Of a DNA stretch of 61,430 bases, positions 30,605 through 39,861 are shown one piece after another. The notes below the pieces were generated by a model. The model saw only the letters and a list, made by a program, of their open reading frames with translations. It was not told the DNA's origin and did not search any database. The position numbers were made by a program, and so were the translations under genes. Source of the stretch: a virus. Taxonomy: Duplodnaviria > Heunggongvirae > Uroviricota > Caudoviricetes. The stretch lies in IMG/VR virus record IMGVR_UViG_2663762648_000013; one strand, written 5' to 3'. Position 1 is the first letter of the stretch; every line of letters starts with the position of its first letter.

Positions 30605-32080
30605 TTAGGAGCGCCAAAAAAAACCTGAAAACAATATAATAACAGGATAAATTTCAAGGCGACCAAGAATCATAGCTATGCACATTAAATATTTTGCAAT
30701 GTCATTAAGCACTCCGAATGACGATGCAGTAGCCCCAAAACCTAATCCCATATTATTAATACATGCAGCCACTGTTGCAAATGATGTAAGAAAATCATAT
30801 CCCATACCATTTAACACCAGTATAAAAAACACCGTGAAGAGAGTATAAAGAAAAAAGAAACTCCATACAGACCTCATTACACGATCTGTAACTATCTTCC
30901 CTCCTACATTTACACTCAACAACGCTCTGGGATGAGAAAGCTGATTTATCTCGTGTTTGCTTTGTTTGAAAAGTATAAGAAATCGAAGTGACTTAATTCC
31001 ACCACAGGTTGAACCTATACATCCCCCAAAGAAACTTGACAACAGCAAAAACACTATCGTGTGCGTGGGCCAGTTTGCATAATCCTGCGTAGCTAAACCA
31101 TTATCAGTGAGCATGGAGCTGGCAAGAAAAAACGAATGAATAAAACTTCCATGCAAGTCATACATACCTATATGCCAGACCTGGAAAGAGGTAACAATGA
31201 TCACCCCTAAGGCTATTAACAGAAAGAAACGAAGTTCAATATCTCTGATTAAAGGTTTTATCGTTTTTCTGCTAATAACAATATACCAAAGAGTGAAGTT
31301 GAAAGCCGATAGCAGGGAAAAAGAACCAGCCACCAGCTCAACCAAATAGTTATTAAAATATCCGATACTCTCGCTATGAGTTGAGAAACCACCAAGCGAA
31401 ACTGTGGAAATCCCGTGACAAATAGCATCAAACAAAGGCATTCCTGCAAGTCTATAACAGACAATACAAGCAATACCTAATAAAGAATAAGTTATCCACA
31501 GTGTCCGTGACGTATCGGCCAGGCGGGGAGTGAGTTTGTCATCCTTAAATGGCCCCGGCATTTCTGACTGATAAAGCTTTGCACCACCAATACCCAATAA
31601 TGGCAATACTGCAACCGCCAGAACAATAACTCCTAAACCACCTATAAAATTTAACTGTGACCGATAGTACAAATATGCCCGAGGTAATGAACTAACATCA
31701 TCAATTACAGTTGCTCCTGTTGTTGTTATTCCAGAAACCCCTTCAAACAGAGCATCAATGAACGTTAAATTAAGTTCTGAGTCAATCCATAAAGGGAATG
31801 CACTAATAACAGAAAACAAAATCCAAAACATTACAATTATAATAAACCCATCACGGGTACGTAATTGAATGCCAGATTTCTTAGTTGTATACCACGCTCC
31901 GCCACCAATGCAAAAAAATATAACGAAAGTTATAAAGAAAACGAACAGGCTTTTTTCTTTATAAAACAATGCTACAACCATTGGTGGCAACATTGAAAGA
32001 CTATAGAGCCAAACCAGGAACCCACACATATGAGTAACAACTCTTACATGAGATGTATTCATATCTAAATATTCTTTCAA
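30605..32080 (-). CDS. trkG: Trk-system potassium uptake membrane protein (TrkG-like), prophage cargo
   Basis: 491-aa polytopic membrane ORF; AAGGTGG SD before ATG 32080; alternative start 32062 (MNTSHVRVV) gives 485 aa. Confidence 0.85.
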   Translation of the reverse strand: MKEYLDMNTSHVRVVTHMCGFLVWLYSLSMLPPMVVALFYKEKSLFVFFITFVIFFCIGGGAWYTTKKSGIQLRTRDGFIIIVMFWILFSVISAFPLWIDSELNLTFIDALFEGVSGITTTGATVIDDVSSLPRAYLYYRSQLNFIGGLGVIVLAVAVLPLLGIGGAKLYQSEMPGPFKDDKLTPRLADTSRTLWITYSLLGIACIVCYRLAGMPLFDAICHGISTVSLGGFSTHSESIGYFNNYLVELVAGSFSLLSAFNFTLWYIVISRKTIKPLIRDIELRFFLLIALGVIIVTSFQVWHIGMYDLHGSFIHSFFLASSMLTDNGLATQDYANWPTHTIVFLLLSSFFGGCIGSTCGGIKSLRFLILFKQSKHEINQLSHPRALLSVNVGGKIVTDRVMRSVWSFFFLYTLFTVFFILVLNGMGYDFLTSFATVAACINNMGLGFGATASSFGVLNDIAKYLMCIAMILGRLEIYPVIILFSGFFWRS

Positions 32081-32199
32081 TTATAACCACCTTGCTGCAA
32101 TATTATGATTATACTGTATAAAATTTAACTCCTCTTAGATCTTACTTCACTGTTCCTTATGAAACAATCATCAAAATGAATCATATTGTAGTTAAGATT

Positions 32200-32664
32200 T
32201 TACTTTAAACACTGCTCGGTTATGTATTGCTGAGCACCTTCAAGTTGGGCCTGCATCATTACCAGTCGTTCCCGGAGGGTGAAATAATCCCGTTCAGCGG
32301 TGTCTGCCAGTCGGGGGCTGGTTGCATTATCCACGCCGGAGGCGGTGGTGGCTTCACGCACTGACTGACAGACTGCTTTGATGTGCAACCGACGACGACC
32401 AGCGGCAACATCATCACGCAGAGCATCATTTTCAGCTTTCGCATCAGCTAACTCCTTCGTGTATTTTGCATCGAGCGCAGCAACATCACGCTGACGCATC
32501 TGCATGTCAGTAATTGCCGCGTTCGCCAGCTTCAGTTCTCTGGCATTTTTGTCGCGCTGGGCTTTGTAGGTAATGGCGTTATCACGGTAATGATTAACAG
32601 CCCATGACAGGCAGACGATGATGCAGATAACCAGAGCGGAGATAATCGCGGTTACTCTGTTCAT
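32200..32664 (-). CDS. i-spanin Rz
   Basis: N-terminal TM helix then coiled coil; ATG overlaps endolysin stop (ATGA). Confidence 0.75.
   Translation of the reverse strand: MNRVTAIISALVICIIVCLSWAVNHYRDNAITYKAQRDKNARELKLANAAITDMQMRQRDVAALDAKYTKELADAKAENDALRDDVAAGRRRLHIKAVCQSVREATTASGVDNATSPRLADTAERDYFTLRERLVMMQAQLEGAQQYITEQCLK
32259..32444 (-). CDS. o-spanin Rz1 lipoprotein, embedded in Rz in an alternate frame
   Basis: 61-aa ORF with lipobox LVVVGC and proline-rich mature part. Confidence 0.7.
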   Translation of the reverse strand: MRKLKMMLCVMMLPLVVVGCTSKQSVSQCVKPPPPPAWIMQPAPDWQTPLNGIISPSGNDW

Positions 32665-33158
32665 TGCTGACCCCACAAACAGATTTCACGCTCAATCTCA
32701 CGACGAGTCATGAGACCTTTCCATTGCTTACCGCCAGCATATGTCCAGCGACGTAGCTGGTCACATGCGCCTTTGATATCGCCCTGGTTTATTTTGCGAA
32801 GAAGCGTCGATGTTCTGAAATTGCCAGCGCCCACGTTGTAAACGAACGAGTAAAGAGCGCCGCGCGTTGTTTCCGGTATATCGACTTTGATGTACGGGTT
32901 AATTTGTCTGGCGACAGTGGCAAGGTCTTTATTCAAGAGTGTTTTGCATTCTGCTTTGGTATACGTTTTACCGAGCATGATGTCTTTTCCTGTATGCCCG
33001 TGACATACAGTCCATACACCAACAATATCTTTGTATGGTATGTAGCTGACACCTTCCAGACCATCGTTACCACTTGGGCCAGTGATTAACACTGATGCTA
33101 TAGCAATTGCTCCGCCACCAATAGCAGCAGCAACGACTTTTCGTAATGATGGAGGCAT
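32661..33158 (-). CDS. SAR endolysin (phage 21 R-type lysozyme)
   Basis: N-terminal Gly/Ala-rich signal-arrest-release helix ([18 protein letters not shown]) then lysozyme catalytic region. Confidence 0.85.
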   Translation of the reverse strand: MPPSLRKVVAAAIGGGAIAIASVLITGPSGNDGLEGVSYIPYKDIVGVWTVCHGHTGKDIMLGKTYTKAECKTLLNKDLATVARQINPYIKVDIPETTRGALYSFVYNVGAGNFRTSTLLRKINQGDIKGACDQLRRWTYAGGKQWKGLMTRREIEREICLWGQQ

Positions 33159-33373
33159 TATTCACCTCTCGCAGCCTTGCGCTTATCTTCTTTAATCTTG
33201 AAATAAAGGTTTGTCAGGTACGTCAGCAGGCCAAATACCAGACTACCCAGCACACCGATTGCAGCCCACTGTGACGGAGTTACTCTATCGAGCAACTGTA
33301 AAAACCAGTAGCCAGCACTGCCTGCGGAGGTGCCATAGGCAATGCCCGTTGAAATTTTGTCCATGGATTTCAT
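33158..33373 (-). CDS. pinholin (S21-like), dual-start motif MKSMDK
   Basis: ORF 33158-33430; start set to ATG 33373 preceded by GGAGGTGA; two TM helices; matches phage 21 S. Confidence 0.8.
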   Translation of the reverse strand: MKSMDKISTGIAYGTSAGSAGYWFLQLLDRVTPSQWAAIGVLGSLVFGLLTYLTNLYFKIKEDKRKAARGE

Positions 33374-33474
33374 AGCCTCACCTCCGCACGGAACGGATGG
33401 CATAGTTATTATGTGTAGGCTTTCAGACACATCAATCAGAGCCTTAATTGATATATATGCTGGAGACGATGCAA

Positions 33475-33499
33475 TATAAAAAGCTCGCCGTAGCGAGCT
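33475..33499 (-). terminator. rho-independent terminator downstream of lipoprotein gene
   Basis: Minus strand AGCTCGC-tacg-GCGAGCT followed by TTTTATA. Confidence 0.45.
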
Positions 33500-33624
33500 A
33501 ATAAAATGTATTTCTCTGATATTATGTTTATTTGTATTAGCTCAGACTTGACATCACAGGTTTCGTATATAGAACATCATCAAATCTGTCAGTTTGCTAT
33601 GAATGAGATATAGTAATTGAAGAG

Positions 33625-34020
33625 CTAACCTCGCATGTCAAAGCCAGATTTCTGAAAATCTCTGTAGACTTCCGGATTGTTGAAGGCCGGAAATTTGGCT
33701 TTATGAGCTGCGGACTTTATCGCTTCGCAATAGGCTTTATCACCGTTACTGGTAGATATTTTTAACGCCGTGCCATCCTGAGAGAATTCCATATGCAACC
33801 TGCATTTTTTCCCTTTCCAGTTATGCGGCTCATCAAGTTTGGCATTAATTGCAGCTCTGATTCCCCGCGCTTGCGCCCCCCATTCATCCTGATCATCCCA
33901 GCGTCCTGAACTGCAACTACCTGTAGCAGTAGTTTTGTGGCAATCTGAAGGGTGTAAAGGTGTGCATCCCGCAACAAAACCGACCCAAAAAGTCAACATA
34001 ACGATTTTCTTTAATCCCAC
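33625..34020 (-). CDS. lipoprotein with TolA C-terminal (domain III)-like fold
   Basis: Signal peptide plus lipobox VAGC; C-terminal half aligns by eye with the second copy and with E. coli TolA domain III. Confidence 0.6.
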   Translation of the reverse strand: MGLKKIVMLTFWVGFVAGCTPLHPSDCHKTTATGSCSSGRWDDQDEWGAQARGIRAAINAKLDEPHNWKGKKCRLHMEFSQDGTALKISTSNGDKAYCEAIKSAAHKAKFPAFNNPEVYRDFQKSGFDMRG

Positions 34021-34170
34021 TTCTTGCTCCTCAATCCATTAAAATCTCAGCAATAGTAGTTGTTACGTCCGCCACTGGCTCAGAGCTGACTATCCGCTAA
34101 ATTTAGCTCAGTGCCGTAGCTGTGTCAGAACAAACCTAAGCCGAAACCGTTTATTACAAAACAATAAATA

Positions 34171-34599
34171 TCAGGGTTTAAAATCCAGCACCCCATTTTG
34201 AAATACTTTATATACTTCCGGCGAAGGGGGGGCAGGTATATCAGCATTCTTTATCGCATTCATCGCTTCACGACATAAATCGAGGTCTCCACTTTCTCTT
34301 TTAACCTCCAGTAGAAGGCCATTCGGGGCCATATGCATTCTCAGTGTACACTCTTTTCCTGAATACTTACTCGCATCCCCGAACTGTTTTTCGATGGCGC
34401 TCTTGATTTGATGGGCATACAGACGGATATCCTCACTAACATCAGAAGTACGTTCAGATGAACTCACATACTGTGTCTCTATTGCTTTATCGGAGTAATA
34501 TGATGTACGGTCATGATAATTTGTCGATACAGCATCAGTGCACCCGATAATAATCCCACTAATAATCAACGTAAGAATTGATGCGCTACGAAAACCCAT
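34171..34599 (-). CDS. lipoprotein with TolA C-terminal (domain III)-like domain
   Basis: Lipobox IIGC; YAHQIKSAIEKQF...KECTLRMHMAPNGLLLEV...IPAPPSPEVYKVFQNGVLDFKP closely parallels the TolA C-terminus as I recall it; GAGGAA SD. Confidence 0.7.
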   Translation of the reverse strand: MGFRSASILTLIISGIIIGCTDAVSTNYHDRTSYYSDKAIETQYVSSSERTSDVSEDIRLYAHQIKSAIEKQFGDASKYSGKECTLRMHMAPNGLLLEVKRESGDLDLCREAMNAIKNADIPAPPSPEVYKVFQNGVLDFKP

Positions 34600-35185
34600 T
34601 TTTCCTCACATATGTCATATAGTAAAGGATTATATATACCGTTGTTTTGGACGCTCAAACAGCGAATCAGATCAAATAAAACGCACATTTGTTAACATTT
34701 ACACAAAGTCTGCGTGGGATATTCTGAAAGAATATCCATAATGTGGAGAGAATCTATTGAAGTGCATGGTGCTGGGTGCCTCCCGGTGAACAAAATGTTC
34801 GTGATACCTGTCGGCGACAGAAAAGGTTAATGGTATCACCCCACCGCACAGGGGGATTCACCATGCAGGAGTTTTCTTAGCAAACTCACTGCGCGCCCGG
34901 CAACTCCCAACCACATAAAATGCGGAGTTTGTGGCATTTATGCATATAACTCGCAGGAATTATCTTAAAAAACTGATGTCGATCCGGATTAAAAAGAAGC
35001 AGGTCATCATCAGATGACTGGAAAAAAGGAAAACAAAAAATACTCATCATACAGTTTTGATTGCAGGGATGAGCCTGCTATGCACAATATGCAGAATATA
35101 AGCAAGATAAAAATATGCAGGCATATTATTTCGGATCTTGTTATTAACACAACCTTTTTAATAATCATTTGGCATACAATAAACC

Positions 35186-35216
35186 AGCCCAAAAAGAACC
35201 GCCTAAACAGGCGGTT
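35186..35216 (-). terminator. rho-independent terminator (candidate tR'-type) downstream of Q
   Basis: Minus strand AACCGCC-tgttta-GGCGGTT followed by CTTTTTGGG. Confidence 0.45.
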
Positions 35217-35536
35217 GGTCAATACAAAGGATGCTTCGTCTTTATTATAGTAATCTGAGGCGTCGGGTGTCTTGTATCAGACAACATATTGTCCCGCTAA
35301 ACAGCGAATTACAAACCACCCTGCAATGATCTCTCATCTCATTTTATATGAGTTGACGACATCAGGATAACGCATCATCAGCCCCTGCCAAGAAATATCA
35401 AAACTCCCGCCAGCAATGTGTTATCACAATATTGTAAAAAAAACACAGCACCGAAACTATAACTGGTCTCTGTTATAATTTGGAGCAGAAAGACCAGTTG
35501 CCCAACTAGCAGCATTCTCCCCTGCTTTCCTGACGT

Positions 35537-35563
35537 AAAAAAACCGCATTAAGCGGTTTTTTT
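35537..35563. terminator. bidirectional terminator-like palindrome just downstream of Q
   Basis: aaaaaaaccgc-attaa-gcggttttttt, perfect palindrome flanked by A and T runs. Confidence 0.5.
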
Positions 35564-35643
35564 ACGATGTCCATGTCTGCAATCCGCCTCGCGATACAGC
35601 TTTGCGAAGCATAGCAAAATTGAAGCAGTTTATACGTAAGAAA

Positions 35644-36186
35644 TCAAGCCATTTTCTCAGCAAATGATTCACGCATGGGAATATATAGGGCATACTCAGC
35701 AACAGCTAACCAATTAGCAATCCGTTTTTCGCATGTGCTAAAACACCACTCTGGGTGTGCATCATTTAGCAATTCAGCCATTTTGCGCTTAGTCATCCCC
35801 CGCCCTTCATAGCGTTGCCGGAGAATGCAAATCAATCCTGGATGCTCTGCCAGCACCTCACTTATGACTCGATCAATACATAACGCCTCTGCATCAGTAC
35901 AATGCGCCAGCCAGCTCTTTTGCTTGCCGTTGATCATCTCTCGCAAAAACGCTTCCAGCTCAGCTTTCTCTATTCCCGCTTTTTTCATTCTGCGCAGGGC
36001 TTCATTAATGGCTGTTTTCGTCAGTTTTTTGGATGCCAACAACTGATTGAACATATTCCCTGACCTGCCACCGCCAATATACGACCAGCGCCCCCACATA
36101 CGTAGTTTTCCCTGAATCCAGACACTTTCCAGCGTGGTGAGGCGAAGGTGTTCTCCGCTTTTTCCTGTATTCGTTGGGTAAATCAT
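35644..36186 (-). CDS. late-gene antitermination protein Q
   Basis: 180-aa ORF upstream of the lysis cassette; family assigned by recollection and position. Confidence 0.65.
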   Translation of the reverse strand: MIYPTNTGKSGEHLRLTTLESVWIQGKLRMWGRWSYIGGGRSGNMFNQLLASKKLTKTAINEALRRMKKAGIEKAELEAFLREMINGKQKSWLAHCTDAEALCIDRVISEVLAEHPGLICILRQRYEGRGMTKRKMAELLNDAHPEWCFSTCEKRIANWLAVAEYALYIPMRESFAEKMA

Positions 36187-36473
36187 AAATGACCTTTCTT
36201 TCTCCAGATTTCTTGTGTGCGAAAAACCCCTTCAGCATGCATCAGGCGCAATTCTTCTTTGGTGTAATCGCTGGTTTTTACCCGCCCGTCGATTAGATCG
36301 TGGCATGAGCTACAGGCTATCGCCGCCTGCATATCATGTGGTTTTGTCGCTGTTCCGCACGTCCCCGCCAGCCTGTAATGCGCCAGCACAGAGGTTTCGG
36401 GATTGTGATTGCAGTAGCCAGGGATTCTGATCTGGCACATCTGGCCTTTAGCCGCTTTACGTAAATTCACCAT
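36183..36473 (-). CDS. nin-region Cys-rich protein (DUF1364 / YbcO-like)
   Basis: 96-aa ORF with CxxC...CxxC pattern. Confidence 0.5.
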   Translation of the reverse strand: MVNLRKAAKGQMCQIRIPGYCNHNPETSVLAHYRLAGTCGTATKPHDMQAAIACSSCHDLIDGRVKTSDYTKEELRLMHAEGVFRTQEIWRKKGHL

Positions 36474-37072
36474 TACGCAAACTCCAGTAGTTGTGCGGCC
36501 ACATTTTCAACTTCCTCCTGAGAGGAGAATTTACGGAACAGAATCCAGTTCCACAGCACATTCAGTACAGATTTATAAACCTGCTGAAACTCGACTTCGT
36601 CCATATTCGCAAAAGCGATGGATTTTGCCCGACGCCCACGGCTACCGTCCGGATAAATATGCTCGGTGTAAAATCCGGCCTGAATGGTTACCCACTCGCG
36701 GAAAGCCTCAAACGACTTTAGCAACGCCGTATCCCGGGTTCTACGAGTCGCAACGGTGTTAAGGTATTGCTCTGCGGCATCACTCAGGGCTGGCGTGTGT
36801 TCCCGACCAACTGATTCGCACAGGTAATCAACGAAACCAGACAGCAGTTCTCGTTCGCGAGGCGTGATCGCCCCACCGACCGGAGTCCAGTAATCGAAAC
36901 CCAGTTGCAGGAGTTTGAAAAAACGCTTGTGGAATGCGTAGTTACACACACGCTTAAAGTCTGCGTGTATCCACTCACCTATTTTGATTTGATGCAGAAA
37001 ATCGCAACTCTCCGGCGTCGCCGGGAGAAGTAAACCAGAAGAGGTTTGTTTGACCAGTTGTATATGCGCCAT
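36473..37072 (-). CDS. nin-region protein (DUF1367-like)
   Basis: 199-aa ORF upstream of Q. Confidence 0.5.
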   Translation of the reverse strand: MAHIQLVKQTSSGLLLPATPESCDFLHQIKIGEWIHADFKRVCNYAFHKRFFKLLQLGFDYWTPVGGAITPRERELLSGFVDYLCESVGREHTPALSDAAEQYLNTVATRRTRDTALLKSFEAFREWVTIQAGFYTEHIYPDGSRGRRAKSIAFANMDEVEFQQVYKSVLNVLWNWILFRKFSSQEEVENVAAQLLEFA

Positions 37073-37352
37073 TTCTCAATCTCTCGATGGCGCAGCGCAG
37101 CAGATGCCAGTTGTTCAGGCTGACGAATAAAGTATAAATAAACTGGCTATGGTGTAAAGCCCCACATAGCATGAACAAACACTAGATATCAAATAGCTGG
37201 TACAAGGATAGAAATACGACACTTATTATTAAAAACGATTAGATAAATTACATTTTAATGTTATGCAAAAGTTCTTTTTTATCATAACATTTCAATAAAA
37301 GCATTACAGATGCAATCATCCCGTCATCATCAATTATTTAAGGTGGTTAAAC

Positions 37353-37439
37353 ATGGAAAATAACAAGTTCGCACATCTCGCTCCTTTTTTATCCGTAATC
37401 CTTTTCGCTTGTTGTTTTATATGGGCATTATTTTTATAA
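37353..37439 (+). CDS. 28-codon hydrophobic peptide ORF (MENNKFAHLAPFLSVILFACCFIWALFL)
   Basis: Strong SD AAGGTGG 6 nt before ATG; single predicted TM helix; in AT-rich intergenic DNA; not in ORF track (below 60 aa). Confidence 0.3.
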   Translation: MENNKFAHLAPFLSVILFACCFIWALFL

Positions 37440-37885
37440 AGTAGCCACATGATAAGTTGCTGGAATCATATTTCCCACTCAAGTCATTAACATTTGATAA
37501 GATATATCTAAAAGGACGCCTTTACATTATTTATGCGTATATAATTTATTTATATACACAGTAAAGGTATCCTGGGAAAATATTTATCGTTAAAAAATAC
37601 ATCATAAATAATTAAGCTGAAATTTCAGAACACAACTAATACACACAATAAGGTTCAGTAACAGTAATCTATGTGGACTACATCGAGATTTTTTGATTAA
37701 ACTTTAATAACTTATTCCTAACACACAGAATGCATAAACTAAAAGTAAAACAAATAGTTATACGAAAAACAACCATATTTATTCTATCTTCTCCTCTAAT
37801 CAACATATCAATTATGTGTTTCATAACAGCTTGACATAACCCTCCAAAAGATGCATTTTTAATGCATGTTTTGGAGGAGGTGGTT

Positions 37886-38224
37886 ATGACACACAAGAGA
37901 ATTCCTAAAGATTGGGTAATCAAACGCTCAACTCCGTTCTTCACAAAAGAGAACGTACCTTCAGCGTTATTAACACATCATAATACAGCAGCAGGTGTTT
38001 TTGGGCAGTTGTGCGTAATGGAAGGCACTGTAACATATTATGGTTTTACTGATGAGAATGCTACTGAACCGGAGATAAAAGTAGTCATTAATGCTGGCGC
38101 TTTTGCAACAAGCCCACCACAATACTGGCACCGTGTTGAACTAAGCGATGATGCTCAGTTTAATATTAACTTTTGGGTCGCTCCAGACTTTTCGGGCGAA
38201 AAAGTCTATAGCACCAAAAAATAG
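37886..38224 (+). CDS. YeaR-like DUF1971 (TehB N-terminal-like) protein
   Basis: ORF 37862-38224; start set to ATG 37886 after GGAGGAGGTGG; resembles E. coli YeaR as I recall it. Confidence 0.6.
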   Translation: MTHKRIPKDWVIKRSTPFFTKENVPSALLTHHNTAAGVFGQLCVMEGTVTYYGFTDENATEPEIKVVINAGAFATSPPQYWHRVELSDDAQFNINFWVAPDFSGEKVYSTKK

Positions 38225-38253
38225 ATGATCATATTAAAAATGCTTTAACAGTC

Positions 38254-38290
38254 AGACCCGGCAGGGCTATCCCCGACGGGTCTCATTTTT
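38254..38290 (+). terminator. rho-independent terminator after YeaR-like gene
   Basis: agacccg...cgggtct stem followed by CATTTTTG. Confidence 0.55.
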
Positions 38291-38844
38291 GTAAATATAT
38301 TGGTTCTACATTGACAGGAGACTTCAACCATAAGAAGTAATCTGAATACTTGAGCAATAAATTTACTTAAGATTAATGAGCGCACCTTGCCGGACAAAGA
38401 TAAACCAAGGTAACACCTTTTTTCTAGCCAGTATGTAATCAATCAGAAAGCCGCTCCATAAGAACAACAGCAAGACAATAAATTGCCATTACAGCCGCAA
38501 TAGCCAGCGCACATTTGAGAACCAGCACGACAACCCCCTGTATTAGACGCACACCAGTCCTGATAAATATGAGGCTGTCTCGTCAGTGATTCAATACAAC
38601 TATTGGGTATAGTTTCTGTGATTTTATTCTGTAGAAATGGAACACAACAACCAGTCACCACCAGCACTTCCTTAAATGCTCTAAGTCAGAAACAAGCCAA
38701 CATTTTAGTCCGCTTTGAGCGATCTGCAGACATTGCTAGCAGCCTTCTGTGTGAATTCTCAGGGAGCAGGTCGGCATAGCATCACGTTGAGGCTCTTACC
38801 CTACTTGTTCACACCAACCCTAACTCCACAGACTGATTCATAAA

Positions 38845-39846
38845 TTAGTAATCTGCGTGTTTCGCACTTTTCAGAAATGCTTTCATATTTTCATTAGGTC
38901 GCTCAATTTCGAAGTTACTTCCATATAACTCTTGTAATTTTGGCCATAACTTACTTAATAACCCTCTCCTGCGATAAAATGGATGTATCCAAACGGTAGA
39001 TAGGTACGGAGAATTTGCATTTGAATTGTTTATTGTGACCAGCCCAACTAAACATTGTCGATAACCACTATTATCCATTGATTGTATTTCTTCGACGAAT
39101 GGATACGCGATTACATCAGTCCAACCATGATCGGTTGTATCCCATTGCATTCCGTCATGACATTCCTTCGACTGATAGCGGCGTAAAGCTACACACGCGA
39201 GCTTTTGCCAATCTGGAGAATTAATTGTGATCTCTTCATCGTATGACGCGCCTATTGGAGCGGGTATTGGTCTGATTAATCCAGCATGGCATTCATCATA
39301 GAACTTCATGTTTCCCTCAGAAACGTTGTGTACGTTGGGTTGCTCCATGTGTGCGCCATTCAAAAATAGCTCTGATAGTAGTGTATCTACACTGTAATCT
39401 TTATTGATTATTGTCGGCTTAGAGTTTTTCTTATTAAGGCCGCGAGTAACGATTTTTTGATCAATGTTAACAACATGGAATAATCCGTCGGGGAGGCTAG
39501 CGAACCACGATGGGGCATCGGACCAGAATAGCATGCCTTTTGTACTTCTTAAGAGTTTAATTAAGTTAATACAAGCTTCTTCACTAGTCTTGCCGTTGAT
39601 GCGAAGTATGTTAGGACTAAAGTAATATTCATCCATATCAGGGAATGCAGCTTCGCAAAACTCCTGTACATAATTTAGCACCTGGATTCTACAGAGATCA
39701 TCATAGCTGGTAATAACTAAGGGGGTATCTTCATTACTATTATGATTATCAATAATGTAATCTATAGCGAGACTTACTGCTTTGCGTATCACTTCAGTTG
39801 AATCTAACGACTCTAAAAATTTTGTCTTTCGTGTGCGAATATCCAT
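38845..39846 (-). CDS. hypothetical protein B (333 aa) with GNAT-like C-terminal motif; second gene of candidate accessory cassette
   Basis: Clear ORF in low-GC DNA; C-terminus CLVGLVTI...VWIHPFYRRRGLLSKLW resembles GNAT strand/motif-A pattern. Confidence 0.6.
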   Translation of the reverse strand: MDIRTRKTKFLESLDSTEVIRKAVSLAIDYIIDNHNSNEDTPLVITSYDDLCRIQVLNYVQEFCEAAFPDMDEYYFSPNILRINGKTSEEACINLIKLLRSTKGMLFWSDAPSWFASLPDGLFHVVNIDQKIVTRGLNKKNSKPTIINKDYSVDTLLSELFLNGAHMEQPNVHNVSEGNMKFYDECHAGLIRPIPAPIGASYDEEITINSPDWQKLACVALRRYQSKECHDGMQWDTTDHGWTDVIAYPFVEEIQSMDNSGYRQCLVGLVTINNSNANSPYLSTVWIHPFYRRRGLLSKLWPKLQELYGSNFEIERPNENMKAFLKSAKHADY

Positions 39847-39861
39847 GTATGACCTGCGCTA

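Noticed and set aside
35474-35479. Perfect TATAAT hexamer on the + strand
   Set aside because: No acceptable -35 element at 16-18 bp spacing and no + strand gene downstream for ~1.8 kb; likely a chance match in AT-rich DNA.
34600-35640. Possible tRNA genes between Q and the lysis genes, as in Stx phages
   Set aside because: I scanned for T-arm-like GTTCGAATCC motifs and cloverleaf-compatible inverted repeats and found none; only terminator hairpins are present.
38443-38667. 74-aa Cys-rich ORF (and 38245-38442) on the - strand
   Set aside because: No SD, overlaps the YeaR-like gene terminator region, and the composition looks like a translated low-complexity stretch; probably spurious.
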